Source of the DNA: the human T2T-CHM13v2.0 reference genome, Homo sapiens
NCBI RefSeq assembly: GCF_009914755.1
Contig: NC_060928.1
Direction: 5' to 3' (one strand)
Length of the DNA: 64,000 nucleotides
The translations under genes and the position numbers were made by a program. The notes below the pieces were generated by a model that saw only the letters and a list, made by a program, of their open reading frames with translations, did not search any database and was not told the DNA's origin. Shown piece by piece: positions 35,200 to 47,248 of the stretch. Position 1 is the first letter of the stretch, and each line of letters opens with the position of its first letter.

Positions 35200-35560
35200 C
35201 TGCTATGGCATGTACTGCTCCCTTTAACTGAAATGGCATTTCCCACTCCTGTACATGCTCATGTTTTACAACCCAGATTAAATGGTGCCTACTCTGTAAT
35301 ACCTTCCCTCTCCCACATTGCCTGGGCAAATAGCTTATTTCCCTAGATTCTCATAGACTTTTTAGTAAAATTGCTAGGCTGGTACTTTCACATTCTATTA
35401 TTAGGTACCTCTTGTACCTTTAAAACATGAAGTGTTTGAGGAAAGAACTAGGTCAAAGTTGTAATTGTAATAGGAGACTAAAACCTCAAAATCCTTATGT
35501 CCCAAATGTGTAGTGAATTAGCTGAAATATAGTAGGCTACCTATAATGTTTGCTGAATAG
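35200..35560 (+). mobile_element. L2 3' fragment
   Basis: Ends atagtaggctacctataatgtttgctgaat. Confidence 0.55.
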
Positions 35561-36475
35561 TGGTTGTGGGGTTGCATTGCTGTATTCATTAGGATATTTC
35601 ATGCCTCGTAGCATTCTCTGGAAATGTACTTCTGTGATCTCTGACCAAATCTAACTGGAACACTTCTGTATTAAAGGGCTGTGAATCCCTAGGCAGTGAT
35701 TTCAGCATGCTTCCATTCTTCTGCCAAATCTAAACGGAATGCTGTCAAAAGCATTGCCCTCGGGTTAAAATCAGATACAGAAAATTTAAGTGTTTCCAAG
35801 AATTCAGGCTAATTCCCAGTAGTTGTTCTCGTTCCAATTTCTGCTTTCAAATGATTAGAAAAGATACAGTAAAATAAGTTAAAATGTCTATTTCCATATA
35901 GTATACATTGAAAAAAAATCCTTATACAGGAACTAAATCCTTATATAGGAACTAAATCTGAGATAAAATTTATATAGGAAAGTAGGCACTTAAATTTGAG
36001 CTCAGATTTAGTTGACTTTTCAATATGCCAAAATGAATCTAAGAAGCTAAGTGAGTGGTGGGATAGCTGGGTTGAAATCAGAAATATGAACATAAAAAGT
36101 TAAACCAATTCATTTGGGCCAGGACCCAATAAAATGATTAGAAAAAGTATGAGGAGACAGCAACTGGCATGTTTCTGGAATGAATAATAGCAAAGGCTAA
36201 GTGAAAACACTTTCAAAGATGCTGTCATGGACATCCAGCATGAGAAGGTATGTCTGCTATGTAGGGATAAATAATACATTTAGGAATTTCATGGCACTCT
36301 TTTCATTCAGAGAAGTAAAAGATGCCAAAGAGGAATATTAGCAGGTGGAAGTCCTTAATGTTCTTGGAGAGATCTGACAAGAAAAATAGAAGGCTGTAAT
36401 ATTGTAGGAATTGGATATTGAGCTCTTCAAAATTTAAATTTGATTTTGTTATTGATTCCACTCCAGACATCCGTA

Positions 36476-36476
36476 A

Positions 36477-36519
<43 letters not shown>

Positions 36520-36577
36520 CACACACACATATATACATATATATACATACATATATATATATACACACACACACACG
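36476..36577. repeat. Compound (TA)n/(CA)n microsatellite
   Basis: Directly visible. Confidence 0.95.
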
Positions 36578-36639
36578 CTGTATTTCAATAATTCTTTAGA
36601 ACTCTCGTAGTTTTAAAAAAGAAAAAACAATAATAAATA

Positions 36640-36960
36640 AAATCTAAAAATCTTAACATTTCTGACAAGGCCCTGACCGACCTCTTCCACCTTATCTAAT
36701 GGTAGTCTCTCCGTGGTTTGCTAACTCCAGGTACAATGACTTTGGTTTAAATCTTTGACCTTTTCATACTCCCTCTTCCCTTTACCTAGCAAACCATGTC
36801 CACCTGTTATAGATTGTAATATTATCTGCATTGCTTTTTAATATATATTACCAAATTATTGACATCATGAACTACGTGTTAAACTCATTGGGAGGGACAC
36901 TGTAGATCTTTGCTTATTATTGTATCTTCAGAACCTAGTACAATATATGGCTCATCTGGG
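36640..36960 (+). mobile_element. L2 fragments
   Basis: aaatctaaaaatcttaacat..acaaggccctg; ttattgtatcttcagaacctagtacaatatatggc. Confidence 0.5.
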
Positions 36961-37202
36961 TTCATAACGGTAAAAACTCAAGACAAAAGGACCACCAGAG
37001 AAAAACTTATTAGGACAGAGTACAAGTCAAACTTTTGGATATAGGATCAGAATTGTGTTACCAATAACTAACGGAGAGAAGGGCACAACAAAACTGGCAG
37101 AAAGATGGCTGAACTGCCTGTCTAGGACGCTAGATAGGAGCTAACAATTGCAACCTTTAGCAAAATGATATTTTTATTTGATAATAATATAAAACAAATA
37201 AA

Positions 37203-37400
37203 TAAGTTAACATTTACTGAGACTAAACCATATGTCAGAAGCTTGTCTACACATGTTAGCTATCTTATGTGAGACAGGCATCATTATTATCCTTAGTTTT
37301 GAAATAAGAACACTAAAGAACACCATTGTTTTCTTATCTGGAAATAATCTTGCAGCTACATCTATGAAGTAATGGAGCTTAAATATGAACCCACGCATTA
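37203..37400 (-). mobile_element. MIR fragment
   Basis: taacatttactgag..tcttatgtgagacaggcatcattattatccttagttttgaaataagaacact. Confidence 0.6.
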
Positions 37401-39454
37401 GTGCATAGCATATATTCTTTGCTTGGATTGATATTCTATTTTTATGAAAGTGTACTCACACTTTATAAAGAACACAAGCAACAACTTCTTGGTGAAGGAT
37501 GGTTATTATAACACAAATGCAGGGTAGTTCTGACTACAGTCTATTGTAATCACTTACCAACATACATGTCTTCCCCATTAGGCATTCCTTTTATAAAGAG
37601 CAGTAACTATACATTATTCGTCTCTATTTCCTAGAAACTTACTACACCTTTCCCAAAGCAAATATTCAATAAACAATGGCTTGCTAGGTATTTGAGATTT
37701 TGTTCCAATGTAAGGTTATTTCAATCAGATCTGTTCACTTTCAAAAACACTTGAAATTATTTCACATGAAAAAAAGAAAAATGTATGTGTGTTCATTTGT
37801 GTATGTGTATGAGCCAAATATACAAATATAATCTCTGCTATGTGATTATGTCTTAAATGTGTATGTAATAGATATGTCAAGTATTCCCTTAAAAACCTGT
37901 AGAAACCTCATTCAAAAGAAGAAGACAAACCAACCAATTTCCTCCTACTTTTTGCTAGCTTAGCAAATTAACAATCAAAACAGGAATGCACACACACAAA
38001 AAACTAGATATTGAAAAAAGCAAATTATTAATGAATTACATATTAAATTATCTTGAAGGTAATCATTAAACAATGTTATTAGAATCCTGTGTCCTTGTGC
38101 TTTGAAAAGAGAATATTATTTTAATTTTTGAAACTCCAAATTGGAAAAGGATCACATCCATCAACTGAGAAAACTAATCAAGATTATTTCACCTGTTTTT
38201 CACATGTTCATGATTTTTCATAAGAATATACAGAATGGATAGAAACTCTAATACAATTCACCATTTTATATTCTGTGTATTAATGGGGCATCTCAATGCA
38301 TTTTATGTTTTAAAATTTTATGCAAACACCAATTATTCTTTCTATGTTTTATCTTCCAATAGTACCAAATACTTGGTATTTGAAAAAGTTCAAAGTTTTA
38401 ATTGATATTAGCCAATATTTGTCCAGGTATTTGGTACTATAAATGGTATGTGTAATAGATGTGGAGATCAGTACTGCCAAGAAAGCATACTTACTTAGAC
38501 CCACACATAAATAACCCCAATTTTTTAGGATGTATTGTTATTTTGAGTCAGAAGCATAAAGCTGAGAGCTTCACATAATTACTCAAATACCAATCTGCAA
38601 ATCAAAGAATGAGAGACAATATATTTAATTACCTAATATTTCTGCATGCAGTAGGAAAAAATTCTGGGGAAATTATGGGAGTCAAAGAATCTGGGTTGTC
38701 TAGTAGAAGACTGTGGACAAAATTTCAAACCAGAAATTCAGATCCACTCCATATTGTGAATCAAACTGGCAAGCTATTTGTGTATAGATTCCACAATAAA
38801 GTAAGTCCCTCATTGGTGGTTAGGATCTCTTGAATATGTAAACTCTTATGGGTAACAAAGGCTTCTTTTAGGAAATGTATCCATTAGGGGCTGGATTTTA
38901 AATTATACTCTGGAAAATGTGTCACACTAGAACACTCTTCCCTTCTTTATAAATCACAAACAAATTTTTAAGAAATAAAATGCTGTTCCCTCCAGTTAAT
39001 TCTATAGAAGAATCTCCAAGTGAGGACAGGGAAAATCTGGTCCCTGAAGTTTCCTTTTATTTTGGATACCTCTCTTTTTTGTTATAAAAACATCAGTAAT
39101 CCCAGAAAAGGAATGTGAACGGTGTAGGGCCTGTTATTTTTTAGCACTTAGACCTAAAACTTTCTCTCCCTCCAGCCCTCCCATAGCACTGTAAGCTGGT
39201 CAATACTATGAGAAAATATACATTATAAAGCATTGTGAGAAGTAAATCTTCTCACTTCCACATTATGACTTCATTTCTAGAATTTGTTGGTCTCACTCCG
39301 TACATGTTTTTGGCTTTCTTCTTTGGGTAAGTGATCTCTTATTGCCTAGCACAGTAAAGCCCATACTATCATGTCTGTTATGAAAATCTGGGTCCCAGAG
39401 AAGGATACAAAGAAAAATACAGAAGTATATAAAGCTGTCACAAACACTCATGAG

Positions 39455-39712
39455 AAGGTCTTTGTATGGAAATAAGTTCAAATTATTTGGGTAAATACTA
39501 AAGAGAATTATTCCTTGATTGTGTGGGCTAAAGGGCCCATTTTCTAAATTGGGTTGCTATCTTGTTTTTGAATTTTAAGAGCTATTTGTATATTTTTCAA
39601 TCAAGACCTATACTATATTAATGTTTTGCAAATATTTTCTCTTTGTGGCTTGCCCTTTCATTCTTTTTAACAATGTCTGACAGAGCAAAAATAAATGAAT
39701 TTTAGTAAGTTT
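39455..39712 (-). mobile_element. Old L1M fragment
   Basis: ttgggtaaatac..ttttaagagctatttgtatatt..ttttgcaaatattttctc..tgtggcttg. Confidence 0.65.
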
Positions 39713-39949
39713 ACTGAGTTCTGCAACTACTACTATCATTTTTATCACAAGCAGATATCACATATTTCAATACAACTTAGACCACTGAGTCTTTAGAAAT
39801 TTTACCAAGATGGAAGTCTCTGAATTTGGTGAGGTGTACTTCATTTTCTGCCATGTTTATGGTATATGATGGCCTTTTGCTACTTCCTCCTTTCTAGGTC
39901 CATTAGCCGTGATGCTAGCCATTAAACCAAGATGTCCTGCGAGAGCATA

Positions 39950-40240
39950 AAACAATCAGTATCACTTCCTTTTAGGAAGAATTGCCATGGGCCTGAGAAA
40001 GACAGTGATATGTTTCTGCTGTCCATTGAAATTGCTTCTGGTGGTCTTTGCTAAATGACATGGAGGCAAAAGCAATGACAGCTCATTAGTTTCATACCAT
40101 ATTCTGGGGCTGTGTTAACTTGCTCTATAAAAGAGACAAAATTTGGAACAGCAGCTGTAATTGGAGTCACCCCCTGTTTATGACAATGTACTGTCGTTGA
40201 CCAAGGCTATCCAATTTCTGCATAAGCCTAATTAGTGAAC
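39950..40240 (-). mobile_element. ERVL-class endogenous retrovirus pol (RT) relic; internal sequence probably spans ~39720-40460
   Basis: Minus translation gives GVTPITAAVPNFVSFIEQVNTAP and, after a frameshift, DHQKQF. These are homologous to HERV-L RT (VTPIAAAVPDVVSLLEQINTSP..HQKQF, recalled). Confidence 0.75.
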
Positions 40241-41694
40241 TCAATAAAGTGAGAGGGAGGACTGAACACCTCTCCTTTTATCATATATTTAATACTGCCC
40301 CTAGGCATGTCATATTGTTTTAGATTCCTAGTTTTATGTGAGTTACCAATTTCAGGCCACCTGTACTACTCTGAAGCTCTTGTTACAGATTTCAGCATTT
40401 GCACCTGGGTGAAGTCCCAAATGGAGTGTTTGCTGCTCACCCCACTCTCAGTTTGACTCATTAGTTCTCCTCCTATTCAACCCTTTTCTCTTCCACCCTC
40501 TTTCCTCCCCTCCTCCTTGCCCTAGTTTTGCTTCTTTTTCTTCTTTCTGTATTTATTTTCTGCCTCTTCTTTCATCTCACCCTCCTTCTTTTTTCTTGAA
40601 AACATTTTGCACTTTTCTATGTCACAACAGTATCTAAGTGTGTTGTGGGATGACCACATTCTAATTGCATTGCAACAGGAGACCTTGATATAATATCTTG
40701 TACAGCCTCCTGCCAGAAGTGTAATTAAAAATATGAAGTCATTGCTCATTAAAATATGATACATGATTTAAAAATCACAAGAAACTCAAGCTGTGGTAAC
40801 ATCCTCTGCAACTTTAGAACTTCTTCTTTCATTTTGAAACAAACTTTATAGCAACAGTTTCTTAGATTAGACATATCCTTTACTCTTGTCATTTTTAACA
40901 TCGATTTAGATATCGAAATTTTAAATCTCTCTTCAGACTTTACTTGAAGTGGTTGTTTTTCTTTATGTGGCTTTCCCTATGTGTGTGGTTATTTTATATA
41001 CAAAAGTAATTAATATGACAGTCTTTAATAAACAAAAATAAACTATTTTTTTCTTATTTACAGCACTTAGACTTTCCAGGTATCAATGGCAAGTTGAATT
41101 TATCCAGCGTTTTCTGACTGACCCTATGTTTAGCTATGAACAACAATCATTCTCACTCTTAGGTGTTTTAATCAGGATTACAGAGGCATACTTTTCCAAA
41201 CAGTAAAATTTACTAATTTCAAGTACATAATTGAATGAGTTTTGACAAATGTATGCATGCTGTTGTATAAACACCCTTTGATTCATGAGGTAGAACACAT
41301 CCTCCCCACCATGAAGTTTTCTCATGTCCACTTACAGTCAATTCTCTCCCCACATATTCAGATCCCAACTACAGTTCTGCATTATTTCAAAATAACTTTA
41401 GTGTCTTTAAAAATGTTATATAAATGAATCATATAAATGCAGTCTTATGTGTTCAACTTCTGAAATTGTGTTTTTCAAGTTCATGTATGTTTCAGTGGTA
41501 TCTTCCTTTTTTAATACGTATTACTCTATAGAACCAACTATCTGTTCATAAGTTGATAGACATTTGGTTGATTCCAGGATTTGGCTATTGTAAATAAAGA
41601 CGCTATATACAATAATGTGCAAATCTTTGTGTGATCATATGCTTTCTTTTCTATTGAAAGGATTTTTGAGATTACTGGATTGAAATATGTTTAG

Positions 41695-42146
41695 TGTATT
41701 GGTCGGTTCTATTAAGTTGGTGCAAAAGTAATTGGTGTTTTGCCATTACTTTTAATGGCAAATTACTTTTGCACCAACCTAATGGCACTGCTATAAAGAA
41801 CTACCTGATACTGGGTAATTTATAAAGAAAAGAGGTTTAATTGGCTCACAGTTCCACAGGCTGTACAGGGAGCATGGCTGGGAGGCCTCAGGAAACTTAC
41901 AATTACGGCAGAACACCAAGGGGAAGTAAGCATCTCTTCACATGGCAGCAAGAGAGAGAGATTATGAAGTGGAAAGTGCAACACACTTTCAAACAACCAG
42001 ATCTTGTGAGAACTCACTATCACGAGAACAGCAAGGAGGAAATCTGCCTTTGTGATCCAATCACCTCCCACTACACCTCTTCTCCAACATTGAAGATCAC
42101 AATTCAACATGGAATTTGGGTGGGGAAACAGAGTCAAACCATATCA
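41695..42146 (-). mobile_element. MSTA-like MaLR solo LTR
   Basis: tgtattggtcggttc..gcactgctataaagaactacctga..gttccacaggctgtacagg..aaaccatatca. Confidence 0.88.
41712..41782. mobile_element. MADE1 (Hsmar1-derived MITE)
   Basis: ttaagttggtgcaaaagtaatt..aattacttttgcaccaacctaa inverted termini; TA on the left, TG on the right. Confidence 0.93.
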
Positions 42147-42751
42147 TTTCACTTTATAGGAAACTGCTACATTATTTTCCAAAAGTAGCTGTACAATTTT
42201 GAATTCTTAAAAGAAATATGTAAGAGTTCCAGAAGCTCCACCTTCTGTTTAATACTTGGTATTGTCAATAAAAAAAAATCACCATAGTAGATATGAAGTA
42301 GTAACCCATATGGTTTTAGTTTGCATGTTTCTAATGGCAATTGATGTAAAGCATCTTTCCATATGCTTATTGTCTTTTTGCATACGTAAGGTAAAGTTTG
42401 TATGCAATTATTTTGTCCACTGTATTTATTTGATGGTTTATCTGTGCATTAGTATTAAAATGCTTCTTTTATAACTGGGAAGAATCATTTATCATTTATG
42501 TTTTGCAAATATTCTCTCTTAATTTGTGTCTTTATTTTTTTATTTTGTTAAGGAACATTTAAGAAGGAAATGTTTTCATTTGATAAAGTCTAGTTTAACA
42601 TTTTTATGCTTCATAATTTTCATATTAATCTATGAAATTTTCTTCCAATCTAAGATCTTGAATATTTTCTCCTGTATTATCTTTCAGAAGTTTTATAATT
42701 TAGGCTCTTGGATTAGATGTATGATTAACTTTAAGACATTTGTGGTGTGAG

Positions 42752-43038
42752 TAGATGTAGGTCAGAAGATACAAAGTGGTATTTATGTAGGATGAACAAA
42801 TCTAGAGGTATAATGTACAACAGGAGGACTATAGGTAATAGTTGTCCTATATTTGCGATTCATGCTAAATGAATAGATTTTAGCTTTTCTTGTCACAAAA
42901 ACAAAAACAAAATTGGGTAAATATGTGAGATGATAGATGTGTTAATTTGCTTCATTGTAGTAACCTTTTTATACATATGTATCACATAACTTCATAGCTT
43001 ATATCTTAAATATATACAGTATAATTTATTTTTAAAAA
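42752..43038 (+). mobile_element. L1MA5-like 3' end
   Basis: atgtaggatgaacaaatctagag..aggactatagg..tgctaaatgaatagattttagc..atgtgagatgatagatgtgttaatttgcttc. Confidence 0.75.
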
Positions 43039-43289
43039 GTGTCCATTTTATTGCTCATAGATACCAAATTTTTCAGCACTCATTGTTGCAACGACAATCT
43101 TTTCCTCTTAAATTGACTGCTTTGTTTAAATGAATAGACCATATATGCAATTTATTTCTGAACTCTTCTTTCTAGTATATTGATCTATCTGTCCACCCTT
43201 AGATCAATACACTGATGTCTAACCGTAGGCCAGATTAGTGTGTTCTTGATGGGGAAAATTCACATTGTGTATTGGGGGAAAAAAAGTGA

Positions 43290-43475
43290 AATTTGTGGCC
43301 AGAAAGACAATGGTTTAGCACCTCCAATCTATCAATTCCTCTCTGAGTGATGTTCAAATTGTAACTTTTCTTCTCTTAAGACCAATTACTTATTGTAAGA
43401 TTGTTGTATGAAATAAATAACATTTGATTATATAAAGTGTGTTCCAACACCTAGTAAATTAGAAAACACTTCATA
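43290..43475 (+). mobile_element. MIR fragment
   Basis: aagattgttgtatgaaataa..tataaagtgt..cacctagtaaattag. Confidence 0.4.
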
Positions 43476-45069
43476 TATATTACCTCTTTATCCTCTGTTC
43501 AGGATAATTTAATAGAAAAAAGATTAGCTACAGTGTTTGTGGTGGTAACATCCACATTATGAATTCATGAAAAGGAAAATCAGAGCTCAGTTTTTCAGCT
43601 AAACATGTACTTCTACTTTGCTACAATAAATTCTACTCTATTTCAAGCAAGATTGGCATATATGACCATGCTTAATTGATATAATAAATTAGAATCATAA
43701 TTTACTATAGCTTCAGGTGGCATCTTTTTCTAAGGAATTATCTATTTCTTGAGTCATAGCAAGATATACAAAATATAGTAACAATGTTCTTTTCAGAATA
43801 CTGAATAAAATACAGGTTTGTTCAACATTTTTATGTTTGCATTAGAGAATAGTGGCCTAATTTAGAAAACATTTGCTATTTTGTGGTTGACATAAGTAAC
43901 AAACTAACTTATACATTGTATTTTATCCCACTATAAAACTCATTTCATGAATACTGGGAAGACACTTAACTAACAAAAACAGCACTAAGTATTTGAATGG
44001 ATGTTTTTGAAATATGGTAGAGAATGAAAATTCAAAGGAAGTCTGGGTATTAGAGTTTAGTAAAATGATTGTTTATGTTTGTTCTGTAACTTCAAGACCC
44101 AGAATGCTGTATAATTGTAAAATTCGTAGTAACTACGGTCTACATCTTACTGCCCAAGACCTCACAGGTTAAATGGGCACGTACGTATTGTCTGAAACAT
44201 ACAAAGCTGTTCTTTTACTCTGGTTACATAATATTTTTATATTTTTTAAGTGAAAATGGTTTTTATTATTTTATTTTGTTAAGAAGCATTTAAAAAGGAG
44301 ACATTTTCATTTGATAAAGTATAGTTTACCTCTTTTATGCTTCATAATTTTCATATCAATTTATGAAATTTTTTCCCAAACCAAGATCCTGAATATTTTC
44401 TTCTATATTATCTTTCAGAAGTTTTATAATTTTAGGTCTTAGATTAGGTGTATGATTAACTACATGGTTAATGGTAAAACTACCATTTGGTAAAACTACC
44501 AATGGCAAAACTAACTACATGGAAAATGGCAAAGACTAACTTTCCTTGAATTGATAAATGCTGTGTTCTGCTAAGTAAAGGTAAGTCCATATAGATATAG
44601 GACAATTTGAGGAAACAAAAATAATTGGTCATTATAATATTCAGAAAATCTTCAGCTTATCATTTTTTTCACAAGATTACAGAATAGGGTAGTATTTAGA
44701 AAAGTCCTTAAATCATATCTAAGTTTATGATACACCTATATCCCATGATTATGGGGCAACTTAATTACAAAGTCATAAAAATATATCGTAATTATTAAAA
44801 TAATTCCATTCTTCTATATGTTTTGTTTTCCCTAAATTGCTTAATTTCAAATATGGTTAGGAGACACCTCATAAGTATTCAACTCTCTACCATTTGAATT
44901 TTAAAGTGGGTAATTAATTTTATTTTATATGGTTTTTAAAAATTTACAAATGACAGCTGGATTACACTATCATTTCTATTTTTTTATCAAATAATGCTTT
45001 ATTTTTATCTTAACTTCTCTTCTTGTATAGTTTGTCAGTATTAGATTGACTCGGAGTTTTCTTACTCAG

Positions 45070-45173
45070 ATAATTTTATTATAAAATATGAATAAATGAT
45101 TGTGCACAAATTATAATGTCACAGTTTAATGAGTTTCAAAAGTGAATATGCCCGTGAAACCACTGGGATTAGG

Positions 45174-45221
<48 letters not shown>

Positions 45222-46020
45222 ACAGAGAGAGAAAAGGAGAGAGAGAGAACATGAAATCACTGGCATTTCAGAGGTGGCCATTGTTTACTTCCCTAGTCGC
45301 TAGTCTCCCCAAAGGAAACCCCTATTTTTACATCCATAGTCAAATATTATATTATTCGGTTTTTTAATTTTATATAAATGAAACGAAACAGTACTCATGT
45401 CCTTATCTTTTAATGAATATATTTATAAATGTTGTACACACAGTATTAAAACTGTTTATCCTCAATACTTTATAACAATGTATTTATATGGTATAATAAT
45501 ACCACAATTACTTTATCATTTTGTTGTAAATTAGTATTTATAAATTTTCCAGTTTGGGGCTGTTACACATTATACTGCTATGCCATTCTTGTGCATGTAT
45601 TTTAATGAATTTAAATATTTATTTGGGTATTTGCACAGGATTGGAATTACTTGTTTATAGTAGATAATTCCAAGCATTTTTCTAAAGGGTTGAATCCAAT
45701 TTGTACTACTATCAGAAGTGTGTTAACATTCCAGTTGCTCCTCTGTTTTATAAAAACTTTGCAATTATATGTTTTATGTTATTAATGCTAGTGCATGTGT
45801 AGAGATATCTTACATAATTTTAATTTTCATTTTCTTGATGTCTAATGATGTTGAGGACCTCTACATGTGTGTATTGGCTATTGGTTATTCTTTTTATGTA
45901 CAACTTCTATCTATTCAAGTCATTGAACCAGTTTTCTTTTGGTTTCTCATTTTTTTCCTTACCTGCTTTTTATCCTGATTAATTATTCATAAGATTAATT
46001 AATAAGCCTACTGCAAATTC
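45070..46020 (-). mobile_element. L1ME-like 3' part (host of the 46021-47426 insert), with (CA)n(GA)n at 45177-45248
   Basis: cacagtttaatgagtttcaaaagtgaatatgcccgtgaaaccac, ttccagtttggggctgtta and ttccagttgctcct are antisense L1ME. Confidence 0.7.
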
Positions 46021-46169
46021 TTTTTTTTTTAATGCATGGGTTTTGTTTATTTAAAGCCTGGAAGGAAGCGTACTAAACCACAAACAATGGCTGTCTCTGC
46101 AGTGTAGGATGGAGGGGCTTGGGGGAGCACAGGAAGATTTTCATTTCTATTTTAAATATTTCAGCATCA

Positions 46170-46699
46170 TCTCAATAATGGGTACATACTCAAAGGAAAA
46201 TAAACCGTTCTACCACAAGACACATGCAGCCGCATATTCACTGCAGCATTATTCACAATAGCACCAGACATGGAATCAACCCAGGTGGCCAACTACAGTG
46301 GATTTGATAAAGAAAATATGGTACATACACACCATAGAACACCATGCAGCCACACAAAAGAATGAAATCATGTCCTTTGCAGCAATATGGTTGCAGCCGG
46401 AGGCCACCACTTCAAGCAAACTAACACAGAAACAGGAAACCAAATCCTGCACTTTCCCACTTATAAGTGGGAGCTAAACAGCAAGTACACATGGTCATAA
46501 AAATGGGAACAACAGACACTGGTGAATATAAGAAGGGGTAGGAAAGGGACTAAGAGCTGAAAAAAACTACTTATTGGACATTATTCTCACCCTTCTGTGA
46601 TTAATTCACTCATAATCCAAACCTCAGCATCCAACAATATACCTATGTAACAAACCTGCACATGTATCCTGATTCTAAAATAAAAGTTGAAAAAAAAAA
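46170..46699 (+). mobile_element. L1PA15-17-like 3' end with TSD ttcagcatca
   Basis: aaaggaaaataaa..gttctacca, gtgggagctaaac, aacctcagcatc, ctaaaataaaagttgaaaaaa; TSD at 46160-46169 and 46700-46709. Confidence 0.85.
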
Positions 46700-46934
46700 T
46701 TCAGCATCACTTGTTTCATCTTATAGGGACATTGTAAAATAACAGAAATAAAACTAAGAGATTGGAAAGGAAAAAAGGGGAAAAAGAAAAGAACTCTCAT
46801 CAGAATTCTGTCCTGCCCACTTCTGGAGTAAATAAGCCCAGGTTTATACTTTAAAGCCCCCAAAACAGCATCATCCACACCACCTTATCAGATCCGCAAA
46901 GCAATTCTAACTTGGCAGAAAGGGGTAGTTATTG

Positions 46935-47085
46935 CAGGTAGTTATCCTGCAAATGGGGAAACTGAGACTCAGAGAGTGCAGTGACTTGCCCAAGGGCCCA
47001 CAAGAAGTGGTGTCCCCGCAGAGATGGAGAGGGAACCCAGCTCTCTGGAATCTCAGGCCTCTGCTCCTTCTGCTGCAACTCTTCA
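46935..47085 (-). mobile_element. MIR fragment within the retroposed insert
   Basis: gcaaatggggaaactgagactcagagag..gtgacttgcccaagg. Confidence 0.8.
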
Positions 47086-47121
47086 AGTAAGAGGAGCAGG
47101 TGCGGCGATAAGTGTTTATAA

Positions 47122-47248
47122 TCACGGGCCAAACATGCAGCCCTGTTCAAGTTTGTGCCTCAACTCCTTCAATTCCTCTTCATGTTTCATTTTTTCAAAG
47201 TTGGTATTCATCTTTCTAAGTAATTTTCATCCTTCTAGCTCTTCTTTT
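47122..47248 (-). pseudogene. Exon-like coiled-coil coding remnant KEELEG*KLLRKMNTNFEKMKHEEELKELRHKLEQGCMFGP*
   Basis: Preceded on minus by tttttctaaaacatgttgccttcag (acceptor-like). 42 codons, E/K/L-rich, one internal TGA (possibly CGA decay). Parent gene not recognised. Confidence 0.45.

Larger units (their letters stand above)
41165..43230 (-). mobile_element. L1ME-like element, interrupted by MSTA+MADE1 and an L1MA 3' end
   Basis: aatgagttttgacaaatgtatgca, gttgatagacatttggttgattccag, ctgtacaattttgaattc and ttttgcaaatatt are colinear antisense L1. Confidence 0.75.

Noticed and set aside
36303-36572. 89 aa ORF rich in YI/CV
   Set aside because: Microsatellite translation.
40470-40600. Pyrimidine-rich tract as H-DNA or splice signal
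   Set aside because: No clear mirror symmetry or following exon; ordinary low complexity.
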